A program made the position numbers and the translations under genes. Positions 48,331-58,091 of a stretch of 64,000 bases of DNA are shown here, piece by piece. Source of the stretch: Oculina patagonica (lineage: Eukaryota); the NCBI RefSeq assembly GCF_052425735.1, contig NC_135768.1:15872001-15936000 (forward strand), read 5' to 3'. Every line of letters starts with the position of its first letter. Position 1 is the stretch's first letter. A model generated the notes under the pieces. That model saw nothing but the letters and a program-made list of their open reading frames with translations, ran no database searches and was not told the DNA's origin.

Positions 48331-48598
48331 TATTAGTCAATGCTAGTGATGAGGTTTACAGCAGCCTTTTTTATATATACCGATAGATTCAAATTTTTAA
48401 GGCATTATTGACTTTTTATAAGGCACTTTTTCACCTGGCATGTTTGCCCCCCTTGTATATCTATCTTGGAACTGTAAAGCAATGAAAAATAAGCGCTGCT
48501 TGTTTAATGTCTGCGCCTGTATGATGTAGCGGACGGACAAGATCGAATTGTTTCTCTAGCATGTGTACGCAAAGCGGACCTATTTAAAAACACTTCAA

Positions 48599-48651
48599 TT
48601 TGCGTGACAAAATTTTTCCGCGTAATTGGTGCGCGCAAGTGCTCCTTGGGA
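48599..48651 (+). promoter_or_regulatory. Conserved upstream module, BTB copy 5
   Basis: ttgcgtgacaaaatttttccgcgtaattggtgcgcgcaagtgctccttggga. Confidence 0.65.
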
Positions 48652-48730
48652 TAGATGTTTCGTGTGATCTGAATCGATCTTTGTTGAAAACTCGTGTAGG
48701 AACGTATTAGACAGTGTTTTAAGAGAAATT

Positions 48731-50053
48731 ATGGCTGTTTTTGATGAAAAATGGCAAGAGGTCAGCGCAAGTATCACTCAGAGGGGCATTTTCATGTTTA
48801 ACAACGAGCTACTGAGCGATGTAAGCCTTGTTGTTCGATCATCGAGTGACGAAGGTGAACCCAAGAAAAGCAAGATGGCGATTCCTGCCCACAAGTTTGT
48901 GTTGTCGATTTGTAGTCCTGTGTTTTTCGCCATGTTTTGTGGAGAACTGGCCGACAAATCGGACTCGGTTGATTTGCCAGACTGCGAGTACGAGGGAGTG
49001 TTGGAAATGCTACGATACATGTACAGCTGGAAGGCAGAATTGAATGAAAGCAATGTGATGCAAGTGCTGTATGTGGCAAAGAAATACATCTTGCCTTCTC
49101 TCGTTGATGAATGCATTATGTTTTTGGCAGAAAAAGTCAACGCAGCAAATGTGTTTTGTGTTTTGTCGCATGCTCAGCAATATGATGAGAAGAATCTTGT
49201 GGATCAATGCTGGGAAGTGATTGATAGAGAAACTGAAAATGTTGTGAAATCAGAGGGATTCGCTACAATTGAGAGGTGCTTACTTGAAGAAATTGTCAAG
49301 AGAGATACATTGACAATCAGAGAAGAAGAATTGTTTAAAGCTGTTGATCTTTGGGCTACAAAGGAGTGTGAAAGACAAGGATTGACTCTGAATGGCCATG
49401 TGAAAAGAAAGCTTCTGGGAGAAGGTATTGTTAAAGGAATACGTTTTCCAACAATGGTGCAGCAAGAGTTTGCTGGTGTTGTCATAGGTAGTGAGATACT
49501 AAGATCAGACGAAGTGATTAGCATAATGAAATACTTTAATTCAGTAAGCTCCGTAGTCGGTTTTCCAGAAAAAGAAAGGGTTGGCGCTCTTCTGTCATGT
49601 TGTAGATTTCATGGGTTGGCAGAACATGCTTGGGGTCAATATGGCAAGTTGAAAAAGGAATGCATCGATGTGAGTGTTGACAAAGATATATTACTCCATG
49701 GAATAAGGATGCTTGGCAGTGAAAATAGCGAGTATGTTGCAATGTTAAACGTTACTGACAAACAACAGAGAAATGCCCCACTTATTGCATCAAGATCAGG
49801 AACTTTTTCTTGTGTGTCTGTTCGTGTGAAGTCAGAATCATTTAATTACTATGGTTTTAATGTTTTATTTCAACATCCAGTTACTTTAAAGAAAGATGGC
49901 AAGTATCGTGTTACAGCCATAATAGATGGGCCTTATTCGTCATTTGGGACTGACTGTTATACTTCTGTTCAAAGTCATGGTGTGAAATTTTCCTTTTCGA
50001 GTGAGGGAAGTGATTGCGGACAGTTTGCAGAGTTTTTGTTTCAACAAAATTGA
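48731..50053 (+). CDS. BTB-BACK-PHR protein, copy 5, intronless, 440 aa
   Basis: Domain motifs; closest to copy 6. Confidence 0.93.
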   Translation: MAVFDEKWQEVSASITQRGIFMFNNELLSDVSLVVRSSSDEGEPKKSKMAIPAHKFVLSICSPVFFAMFCGELADKSDSVDLPDCEYEGVLEMLRYMYSWKAELNESNVMQVLYVAKKYILPSLVDECIMFLAEKVNAANVFCVLSHAQQYDEKNLVDQCWEVIDRETENVVKSEGFATIERCLLEEIVKRDTLTIREEELFKAVDLWATKECERQGLTLNGHVKRKLLGEGIVKGIRFPTMVQQEFAGVVIGSEILRSDEVISIMKYFNSVSSVVGFPEKERVGALLSCCRFHGLAEHAWGQYGKLKKECIDVSVDKDILLHGIRMLGSENSEYVAMLNVTDKQQRNAPLIASRSGTFSCVSVRVKSESFNYYGFNVLFQHPVTLKKDGKYRVTAIIDGPYSSFGTDCYTSVQSHGVKFSFSSEGSDCGQFAEFLFQQN

Positions 50054-50976
50054 TTGGTTCAAATTCCTGAGGTTAGGAATAAATTAATCTTTGTATATAA
50101 AGATGACAGGTTAACCCCTCTGCAGCCTTGAGTCTCGATAGGGTAAATTTGTTCCTTGCCTTGAAAATGTTTTAATGTTGTTATTATGACTTACCTATTA
50201 AGAGTGCAAAACAAGTTATTTGCACAAAATTTATTTTTAATGTGGTTTCTAGTTCAATAGTAGATGAGGCAAGTTTATGTACAGTTTCACTTCATGAAAT
50301 TTACATGAAAGGGGTTAATAGAAGAAATACTTTCAATAGCATTGTTCATGTTACATCTATTACATCATTGTAAACATACAAGTAGATATAAAAAATTAAA
50401 AAAAAAACTTAGAATGTTAATAAATTAATACACCATTATACAATTAATAACTTTTATGTACCTGTCATTATATAAACTTGATTTTTATTTAAATCTGATT
50501 GTAATAATAACACACTAGATGAGTTTCGTTATGTTGATTTTTATAAAATTTATTGATATAAATATGCAAAAAAGCCTTTTGCTGTAATGGGTTAATGAAA
50601 AAAAGCTATTAATTCTCAGAAATTGGAAAATGACTGTTTATATGTGGAAAAGTCAACCTGGTAGGAGGGTTACCCATGCTGAGCCAGTCTGGGTGAGAAT
50701 AAATTTCATACATTTCTAAGTTTATAAATAGCTGCAAACTGTTACATGAGAAATTGCAAAGTTGGCTCAGGGTAGGGTAATGCTGGATGGAGGGTCATTT
50801 ATTTTGAAGATAGGAAGGAGGGTGACTGTTGTGGGGCAGCCTTCTATTTGCAATGTTAACACTTTGGCCCTCTTTTTGACTGGCCTACCAGGGACAAGTC
50901 TCAACTTACAGAGCACACATTAAACCTGGAGGGGCAATTTTGGTCTCAGTTGGCAGGGACAACTTTTCTCTCTTGG

Positions 50977-51087
50977 TATATGAAAAGCTGTCCTTGGTAG
51001 GGGAGTTACCCTCTCTCCCGAGCCAACTTTTAAAAAGTTGGCTCGGGAGAGAGGGTAACTCCCCTACCAAGGACAGCTTTTCATATA
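50977..51087. repeat. Perfect 111-bp palindrome
   Basis: 55-bp arms exactly complementary around one central A (51032). Confidence 0.9.
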
Positions 51088-51859
51088 AACATGCTCTAAT
51101 TTAATAGGTCAATGTAGAGGATTCAGTAATCATTTTTTTAGTGAGGATTGGTGAAAGGCCAATTGCCCAGCCTCCACCTTGCCAGAACCAAAGGCTTTCA
51201 ATCCAGGAAGGCTTGTACTGCCAGCATAGCTCTCAGGGACAATGAGACATGCAAGCTTCACTACCCAAGCTAGTAGGTGACAGACCGAGGTAAATTTCTC
51301 AACTCTGTCGTAATACTTCAAAAGCTGGGGGAGGGGCCTGGATAGAATTGAAGCTAGGATTTCTGGCATAAAAAGGAAGAAAGCAATGGACTATAAGTTA
51401 TATTTTTTTCAACATTACATAGTTCCCCACCCACTAGATCTGCCAGTGGGACCCTGGTAACATCATTACCAATAGGCAATAAAAATGTGGTTGTACTGAT
51501 GATATGGTTGCATTAATAAATTACATTGCTTAAACTAAGCCCTTTTAACCAATGCCAAGACAGTTAAATTGTGAGTTGCCTAAGTTGACTATTGCTCACA
51601 GTTCAACAAACACAGCCTGTAGTGATTGTAACCAAGTTATGCAATTTTTATTTAAGGCTTCCTCATGGTCCTCATGATCATAAAAGCTTACTTGATTTAC
51701 TTATACCTGGATTGCATATTTTTAGGGTGTTTGTGGCAGGGGTGTAGCCAGCTTTCTGAAGTTTGGTAGACCTAGTCACTTCTGATGGGGAGGGGGGAGG
51801 GGGTATGATATCAAAAGTGCAATTCGGCAGCGCCTAAACTTTATAATTTACTACAGAGA

Positions 51860-52023
51860 CAGGGCTGTGCTCTAAGGGTGCCCGGGTGCCTCAGGCGACT
51901 AACTTTTGTCTCTGGGCGACCAGATAATCTTATTTCTTTCATATAAGCTTTATGCTGGGCACCCTGGATCTCATAGTTTGGAACCTTTGGGCTCCTTGTA
52001 ATTTTTCTTAGAGCACAGCCATG
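51860..52023. mobile_element. hAT-like MITE with 5-bp TSD
   Basis: TIR ca(g/t)ggctgtgctctaag; TSD agaga. Confidence 0.7.
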
Positions 52024-52134
52024 AGAGAATGGGTCAATTTCACTCATTGCTAAACAAATAAATGCACTAGTCTTTAGGTACAAATACCTATCACTTGGCT
52101 ACTTTATTCTTACTGGAGAGAATATCGCGAAAGG

Positions 52135-52698
52135 GTTATAGTCCCGATATCGAATGCATATTGATTTCTATTATATCTTGAACATGCTTCAGCCTGAATT
52201 GCTCTTTATTGAACATTTTAAAAATACGAATGGGGTAAAAAATTTCTAGGCCTAGCTTTCTTTATTTTTGATATGTCAATCGTGTGTCCATGATATTTGA
52301 CGTTGCCATGGCAACGTCATAATTACAAGCAAGTCTTGCCAAAAACCGTCATTTTTAACATTTTTCCAGTTTTTTGAAACAGAATTGAACGATTTGATAT
52401 CAGTTTTGCATTCCATAAGCATTCTGGCTTGATTTTGCATCAATTTTCGTTATTTTCTGACTTTTTAAGAAAATGGTGAAATCCAAGATGGCGGCTATAA
52501 TGACGTCACTTGACGTCATATGACGACACAGCCAACCAAAATTATATCATCTTGTAGAGTACGCTACAGGCTTTCTTCTCAGTGCAAAAATTATTTCGCT
52601 GCGCCTTAATAGGACCAAAACTCTGAGGAGGGGTTCCATCCACCCTCCCTCCCCCTTGTACGATGGTGGGGTATGAGTTTGCCTGTACGTCCGAGGGT
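52135..52698. mobile_element. piggyBac-like non-autonomous fragment (one end only)
   Basis: Ends gtacgtccgaggg-TTAA; other TIR not found; absent from the paralogous spacer upstream of copy 5; left boundary approximate. Confidence 0.45.
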
Positions 52699-53198
52699 TA
52701 ATGGTAGCCTAAGACTACCAGTACAGTGCACTCATCTCCAGAGATCCACCACGTGTACCACATGTGTTGGATCCCTAAGGTACTTTCTCCCATAGCTTAT
52801 TCCTTGCGCCTTTCATGGTGCTGACAAGAGATTACTTAAGGCACATAACAAAGTGTACTTAGTCTATTTTTACTATTTAAATTAGTGAAATTGTGAAAAT
52901 GGACTCACTGGCCTACACTCGGGTGTGTGCATTTTTTCGTCATAAATCAATGTTCTAAAACATATTTACTAAGTGTCTCATGTCTAATGCTGCTCCTCAG
53001 GAGAGGTTCCTGAAAGGGGGGGGGGGGTATAAATCCCATTTCCGAGCCTCTTTATTTTTACCAAAATCCCAGTCCAGCTCCATTGTTTTTCTGTCTGTGA
53101 TTCCCATTCCCAGTGGCCCAAATCCCATTTTCGCAATGAAAATTTGCTCAAATCCCAGTTCCCATTTTTACCCCTCAAGGCCCTCTCAGGATTAGAGG

Positions 53199-53688
53199 TA
53201 GGCCTAGACACAAATATCCCGAAAAATGCTCTAAAAATGTATCCGGAAATTCCAGTTTTTTTCTGAAAATCCCTCAAAAATTATCTAAATATCCAAAAAA
53301 TGTCTTTTCAAAATATTCTGAAACTATCTTTCTCGAGCGACACTGGGATCATTTTTTAAAAGAAATGGCTCCACTTGGCTCCTCTGCGGGCTCCGCCATG
53401 TTTGAAACCTACTTCCCTTGGAATGATGGGGTGCATTAGAAATAGGAAACACCGCTGCACAATTGGATTGCAGTCTAGCAGTCACCAATTAGTAAACAAT
53501 GGGACAAAACTATCATTTCATAGGAATTTTAAATAAAGCGGCAAAGAAAATAGAACAACTTTTTTTCCAAATCATCTAAAAGTCCTCCACAAATCTCATT
53601 TTTTCCTAAAAATGCCCAAATTTTCTAAAAATCTCTTGATTCCCTATGGAAAATCCTAAAAAAATCCCGCTTTTTGTGTCAAGGGCTA
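53199..53688. mobile_element. hAT MITE
   Basis: TIR taggcctagacacaaa/tttgtgtcaagggcta; 8-bp TSD attagagg/agtagagg; empty paralogous site ~47935. Confidence 0.8.
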
Positions 53689-53880
53689 AGTAGAGGTGCT
53701 CACTTTACACATTTTTAGCCAATGATATTGATGAGGGATACAGAAGCCTTTTTTTTATCAGGAGCATGGTCATGGGCTCCTGGTTTTATATACCTTTTAC
53801 CGGTAGATTCAAATTTTTGGGGCATAATTGACTTTCTATAAGGCACTGTATCTCCCGACATGTTTGCCTTCCTTTATATA

Positions 53881-54298
53881 CAGCTATTTCGAGAAACGTT
53901 GTCGGAAAAAAGCACAAAACTGCACAAGCCAATCCCTAAAGGTAGTATGGGTAGACGTATTGAGCTACTGCACGTGTTGAATACTAATGAGATATAACAA
54001 CAAAATAAGCGCAATTTTCAGGTTTTCTTTCTTTTCAGACATGTAGAAACAAGGTACGTTTAGACCCTCTGAAGTTCAGAAGAATTTTTCCTCACTCAAA
54101 GACATGCGACGGTAAATGTAAAGCTACAGATATAGGCCTCCTGAGAAGAAAAACAAATTCTCCACGTACAAAAATACAAACTTGTAAATTTCCTCTAGGC
54201 CAATATGCAAAATTCCAGTGAATACCCAGACCACCTTTCGGTCTTGTCGCGTGCACTTTGATGTTTTTTTTTTCCGACAACCTTTCTCGAAATAGCTG
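53881..54298. mobile_element. TA-TSD MITE
   Basis: TIR cagctatttcgagaaa.gttgtcggaaaaaa; TA TSD; empty paralogous site ~48458. Confidence 0.82.
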
Positions 54299-54394
54299 TA
54301 TATTAGAACTGTTAAGAAGTGAAACATAATTGCTGCTTTTAAAATGTCTGCGCCTACATGTATGGTGTAGACAAGGCCGAATTCTTTCTCGAGC

Positions 54395-54442
54395 TAACCT
54401 GACCCCTCCGCCGCGAGAAAAATAACGCCTGATCGCAGGTTA
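54395..54442. mobile_element. 48-bp micro-MITE with perfect 9-bp TSD
   Basis: TIR taacctg/caggtta; TSD ttctcgagc on both sides; single copy of the target at the paralogous site ~48552. Confidence 0.75.
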
Positions 54443-54485
54443 TTCTCGAGCATGTGTACGCAAAGCGGTTCTTTTTTATAACACT

Positions 54486-54541
54486 TGGATTGCGTGACAA
54501 AATTTTCTCGCGTAATTGGTGCGCGCAAGTGCTCCCTGGGA
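54486..54541 (+). promoter_or_regulatory. Conserved upstream module, BTB copy 6
   Basis: ttggattgcgtgacaaaattttctcgcgtaattggtgcgcgcaagtgctccctggga. Confidence 0.65.
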
Positions 54542-54580
54542 TAGATGTGTTTCGCGTTGAGAACTCGTGTAAGAGCGTAA

Positions 54581-54905
54581 AGGCCCGGTAATACGGGCAA
54601 CATTTTTGTTCAACTTGTCTCGCAACATTGTTGCATTGCAAGTTGAACGAGTTGTTGCCCGTATTACTACCGCGCGCTCAACTTGTCTCGCAACAAATTT
54701 CGATGTTGCAAGTTGCAGCAACATGTTGCACAAAGTAGAACCGAGTTCTACTTTTTGCAACAATTTTTTTCAACTTGCAACACCGAAATTTGTTGCGAGA
54801 CAAGTTGAGCGCGCGGTAGTAATACGGGCAACAACTCGTTCAACTTGCAATGCAACAATGTTGCGAGACAAGTTGAACAAAAATGTTGCCCGTATTACCA
54901 GGTCT
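54581..54905. mobile_element. Palindromic PIF/Harbinger MITE between the upstream module and the ATG of BTB copy 6
   Basis: TIR aggcccggtaatacgggcaac; TAA TSD; whole element is a near-perfect foldback. Confidence 0.88.
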
Positions 54906-54927
54906 TAACAGTGTTTTGAAAGAAATT

Positions 54928-56265
54928 ATGGCTGTTTTTGATGAAAAATGGCAAGAGGTCAGCGCAAGTATCACTAAGAGGGGCATTTTCATGTTTAACA
55001 ACGAGCTACTAAGCGATGTAAGCCTTGTTGTTGCAGCCTCGAGTGACAAAGGTGAACCCAAGAAAAGCAAGATGGCGATTCCTGCTCACAAGTTTGTGTT
55101 GTCGATTTGTAGTCCTGTGTTTTTCGCCATGTTTTGTGGAAAACTGGCCGAGAGATCGGACTCTGTTGACTTACCAGACTGCGAGTACGAGGGAGTGTTA
55201 GAAATGCTACGATACATGTACAGCGGACAGGCGGAATTAAACAAAAACAATGTGATGCAAGTGCTGTATGTGGCAAAGAAATACATCTTACCTTCTCTCG
55301 TCGATGAATGCATTGATTTTTTGGAAGGGAGCGTGAACGCAGAAAACGTGTTTTGTATTCTGTCACATGCTCAGCAATATGATGAGGAAGATCTCGTGGA
55401 TGAATGCTGGAAAGTGATTGACAGAGAAACTGAAAATGTTATGAAATCAGAAGGATTCGCGACAATTGAGCGATCTGTACTGGGAGAAATTGTCAAGAGA
55501 GATTCATTGACAATCCAAGAGGTAGCGTTGTTCAAAGCCGTTGATCTCTGGGCAACAAAAGAGTGTGAAAAACAACGATTGACTCCAGATGGCCATATGA
55601 AAAGAAAAATTCTTGGAGAAGATATTGTAAAAGGAATACGTTTTCCAACAATGGAGGAAAAAGAGTTTGCTAATGTTGTCATTGGTAGCGAGATCCTGAC
55701 TTCAGAAGAACTGGTTGACATAATGAAATATTTCAATTCAGTAAGCTCAGTAGTCAGTTTTCCAGAAAAGGAAAGAGTTGGGGCTCTTTTGTCATGTTGT
55801 AGATTTCGTGGGTTGGCGGATGATACTTGGGGTGAATATGGAGAGTTGAAAAGAAAATCCATTGATCTTAGTGTTGACAAAGATATATTACTCTCGATAT
55901 TACTCCATGGAATAAGAATGCTTGGCAGTGAAAATGGCGAGTATGTTGCAATGTTAAAAATAATTGACAGACAAAGGAACTTTCTCCCATTTATTGCATC
56001 AAGATCAGGAACTTTTTCTTCTGTGTCTATACGTGTGAAGCCAGAATCATTTTATTATCATGGTTTTAATGTTTTGTTTGATTGCCCAGTTAATTTAAAG
56101 AAAGATGGTAAGTATCGTGTTACAGCCATAATAGATGGCCCTTATTCGTCATTTGGGATTGGCTGCTATAAATCTGTTCAAAGTGATGGTGTGACATTTC
56201 GCTTTTCAAGAAATGAGGAAAGTGACGGTGGACAGTTTGCAGAGTTTTTGTTCCAAAAAAAATGA
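54928..56265 (+). CDS. BTB-BACK-PHR protein, copy 6, intronless, 445 aa
   Basis: Domain motifs; ATG at 54928; 12-nt in-frame micro-duplication (DILLSILLHG vs DILLHG in copy 5). Confidence 0.93.
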   Translation: MAVFDEKWQEVSASITKRGIFMFNNELLSDVSLVVAASSDKGEPKKSKMAIPAHKFVLSICSPVFFAMFCGKLAERSDSVDLPDCEYEGVLEMLRYMYSGQAELNKNNVMQVLYVAKKYILPSLVDECIDFLEGSVNAENVFCILSHAQQYDEEDLVDECWKVIDRETENVMKSEGFATIERSVLGEIVKRDSLTIQEVALFKAVDLWATKECEKQRLTPDGHMKRKILGEDIVKGIRFPTMEEKEFANVVIGSEILTSEELVDIMKYFNSVSSVVSFPEKERVGALLSCCRFRGLADDTWGEYGELKRKSIDLSVDKDILLSILLHGIRMLGSENGEYVAMLKIIDRQRNFLPFIASRSGTFSSVSIRVKPESFYYHGFNVLFDCPVNLKKDGKYRVTAIIDGPYSSFGIGCYKSVQSDGVTFRFSRNEESDGGQFAEFLFQKK

Positions 56266-56529
56266 TGGGTTGTATTTCACGAGGTTCAGAAATTATTAAG
56301 CAATTGAATGGCTCAGTGGAAAAAGGGCAGAAGTGATTTTTGGCTTAAAGTGAACATTGCCAAAACAACTCCTAATTTCACATGTGGGCTTGTTTACGTC
56401 CCTGAAACGTTGTTCTGGCTTTTGCTTTGTTTTCGAGAAATAACATATACAATAACATATCCTGGTTTCTCCAGTTGGCGTCTTTAGTAGTTTCTAAAAC
56501 GAAGGAACTCCTCAAGATGCCGACTGGTA

Positions 56530-56704
56530 CAGTCAACTGTCGTTATAGCGGACACGCTCGGGGCGTCGTTTTGTGTCCGTTGTAGCGAGAGTCCGTATTA
56601 GCGGGAGTCATTTCCAGTCAAACTTCTTTCGCTGGGGATCTGGATTTTGTCCGTATTAGCGAGTGTCCGCAATAACGGGGTGTCCGCAAGGCGAGAGTTG
56701 ACTG
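56530..56704. mobile_element. Tigger/pogo-like MITE
   Basis: TIR cagtcaact.tcg; TA TSD; gtgtccg repeats. Confidence 0.8.
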
Positions 56705-56825
56705 TAAAACCAAGTTTTTTGCATCTGTGTATATGAAAACAATATGTAAACTTATTTCTCTTGTCTTAAGTTCTTCACCTTCTCTTTGAAAGTGTTTAAA
56801 AATCATTTATTATGACTTACCTTAA

Positions 56826-57219
56826 AAGGACTGTGTCACCAATTTTAGCCAAATTTAGCCATTGGAAATGACCATTAAATTAGGTGAAATATAAAAAATA
56901 ACTTGTCAAACAGTAGAGGAACATTTCGATAACACCCCAAATACAAAAGAAGGTACGGATGGCCAAAAGCGACGAAGATTGAAACGGATTGCAATATGGG
57001 TTTTTGAAGTATTGTTGGGCTGAACAGTTTTCAAAGTTAGTCTTGTTTGGCTTGTAACTTTAAATTTTAATGCCGTGGAGACACATTTGGTTGCAATGAA
57101 GCCATGGTTTTGTCATTGGGTCCATAGGAGTAATTTCTTGGCAAACATTAAGTTTCATAGCAAGTATTTGGCAAAACTTAAAAAAAAAAATAACTTAACT
57201 CAGCTGTGACACAGTCCCT
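56826..57219. mobile_element. Kolobok-like MITE
   Basis: TTAA TSD; TIR a(a/g)ggactgtgtcac; empty paralogous site ~50198. Confidence 0.82.
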
Positions 57220-57853
57220 TTAACAGTGCAAAAGAAATTTTTATGCTAAAAGTTATTTCTTGTACAATAATTGTAGATATAAGTGAGGCAAGTTTATGTA
57301 CAGTTACGCCTCATGACAGTTATATGAACGGGATTTAGTGGTATCAAGACCGTAGTTAACAGTGGACTGGTGTTTCCCATGTAGTGCCAAGGTTTCAGTT
57401 CAGTTGTGTGCAATAGAAAGTACATTTCTTTTCTACTGTCAGTGGTACGATTATTGCGTTCGACGAAGGAGAACACATTCCTAATTTCGTGTGATATCCT
57501 GTGCACATACTGGGTGTACTGCATATACCAGGGAAAAATTTGGGGTTAACAAAATGCCTTGTTTTCATTTCGATTTGTGCCACACAGGACATTGCATACA
57601 ATGTGGACCTTTACTGGCGCTTCGATTTGTACAGTTAAGTTGCTGATGGTAAATTAAATTTCACTTACTTTCCTTTCAATTTTGTCCTAATGTTGTTGAA
57701 AATGGTTTAACCAAGTCTCACAATAAGGTGTGTGCGACATCTGGTAAATACATTAAACAGGAAATTTTTCTTTCGTTGTCAACCTTCTCGCCTTCGATGA
57801 CTAATGTCCACGTTGTTTTGGCAACTCAAACAAAGCACGTCCTGGTCAGCCAT

Positions 57854-58091
57854 CTCTCTCCTCCGCAGAGGCTCCTTTAGTGAGGGAAGGCGAAAAACAC
57901 GGGGGGGGGGGGGGGGGGAGGAAGGCGAAAAGCACAAAAAATGAAAAATAGGGGGAGCGTGGGGAACAAGTTTCCCCCGCGCGCTTTCGTTTCGATTCTC
58001 CAGGCTCCGCGCGCTTACTTTTCACCTCTCCCCATTTCCCAGCCCGTACTGAACACGAAAGCTACAAAAGAGGCCTCTGCGGAGGAGAGAG
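57854..58091. mobile_element. MITE with perfect 9-bp TSD (MULE-like)
   Basis: TIR ctctctcctccgcagaggc; TSD gtcagccat. Confidence 0.85.

Noticed and set aside
29196-55880. Recurrent antisense ORFs over the BTB genes (e.g. MYFFATYSTCITL...)
   Set aside because: Shadow frames of near-identical paralogs with variable starts and stops
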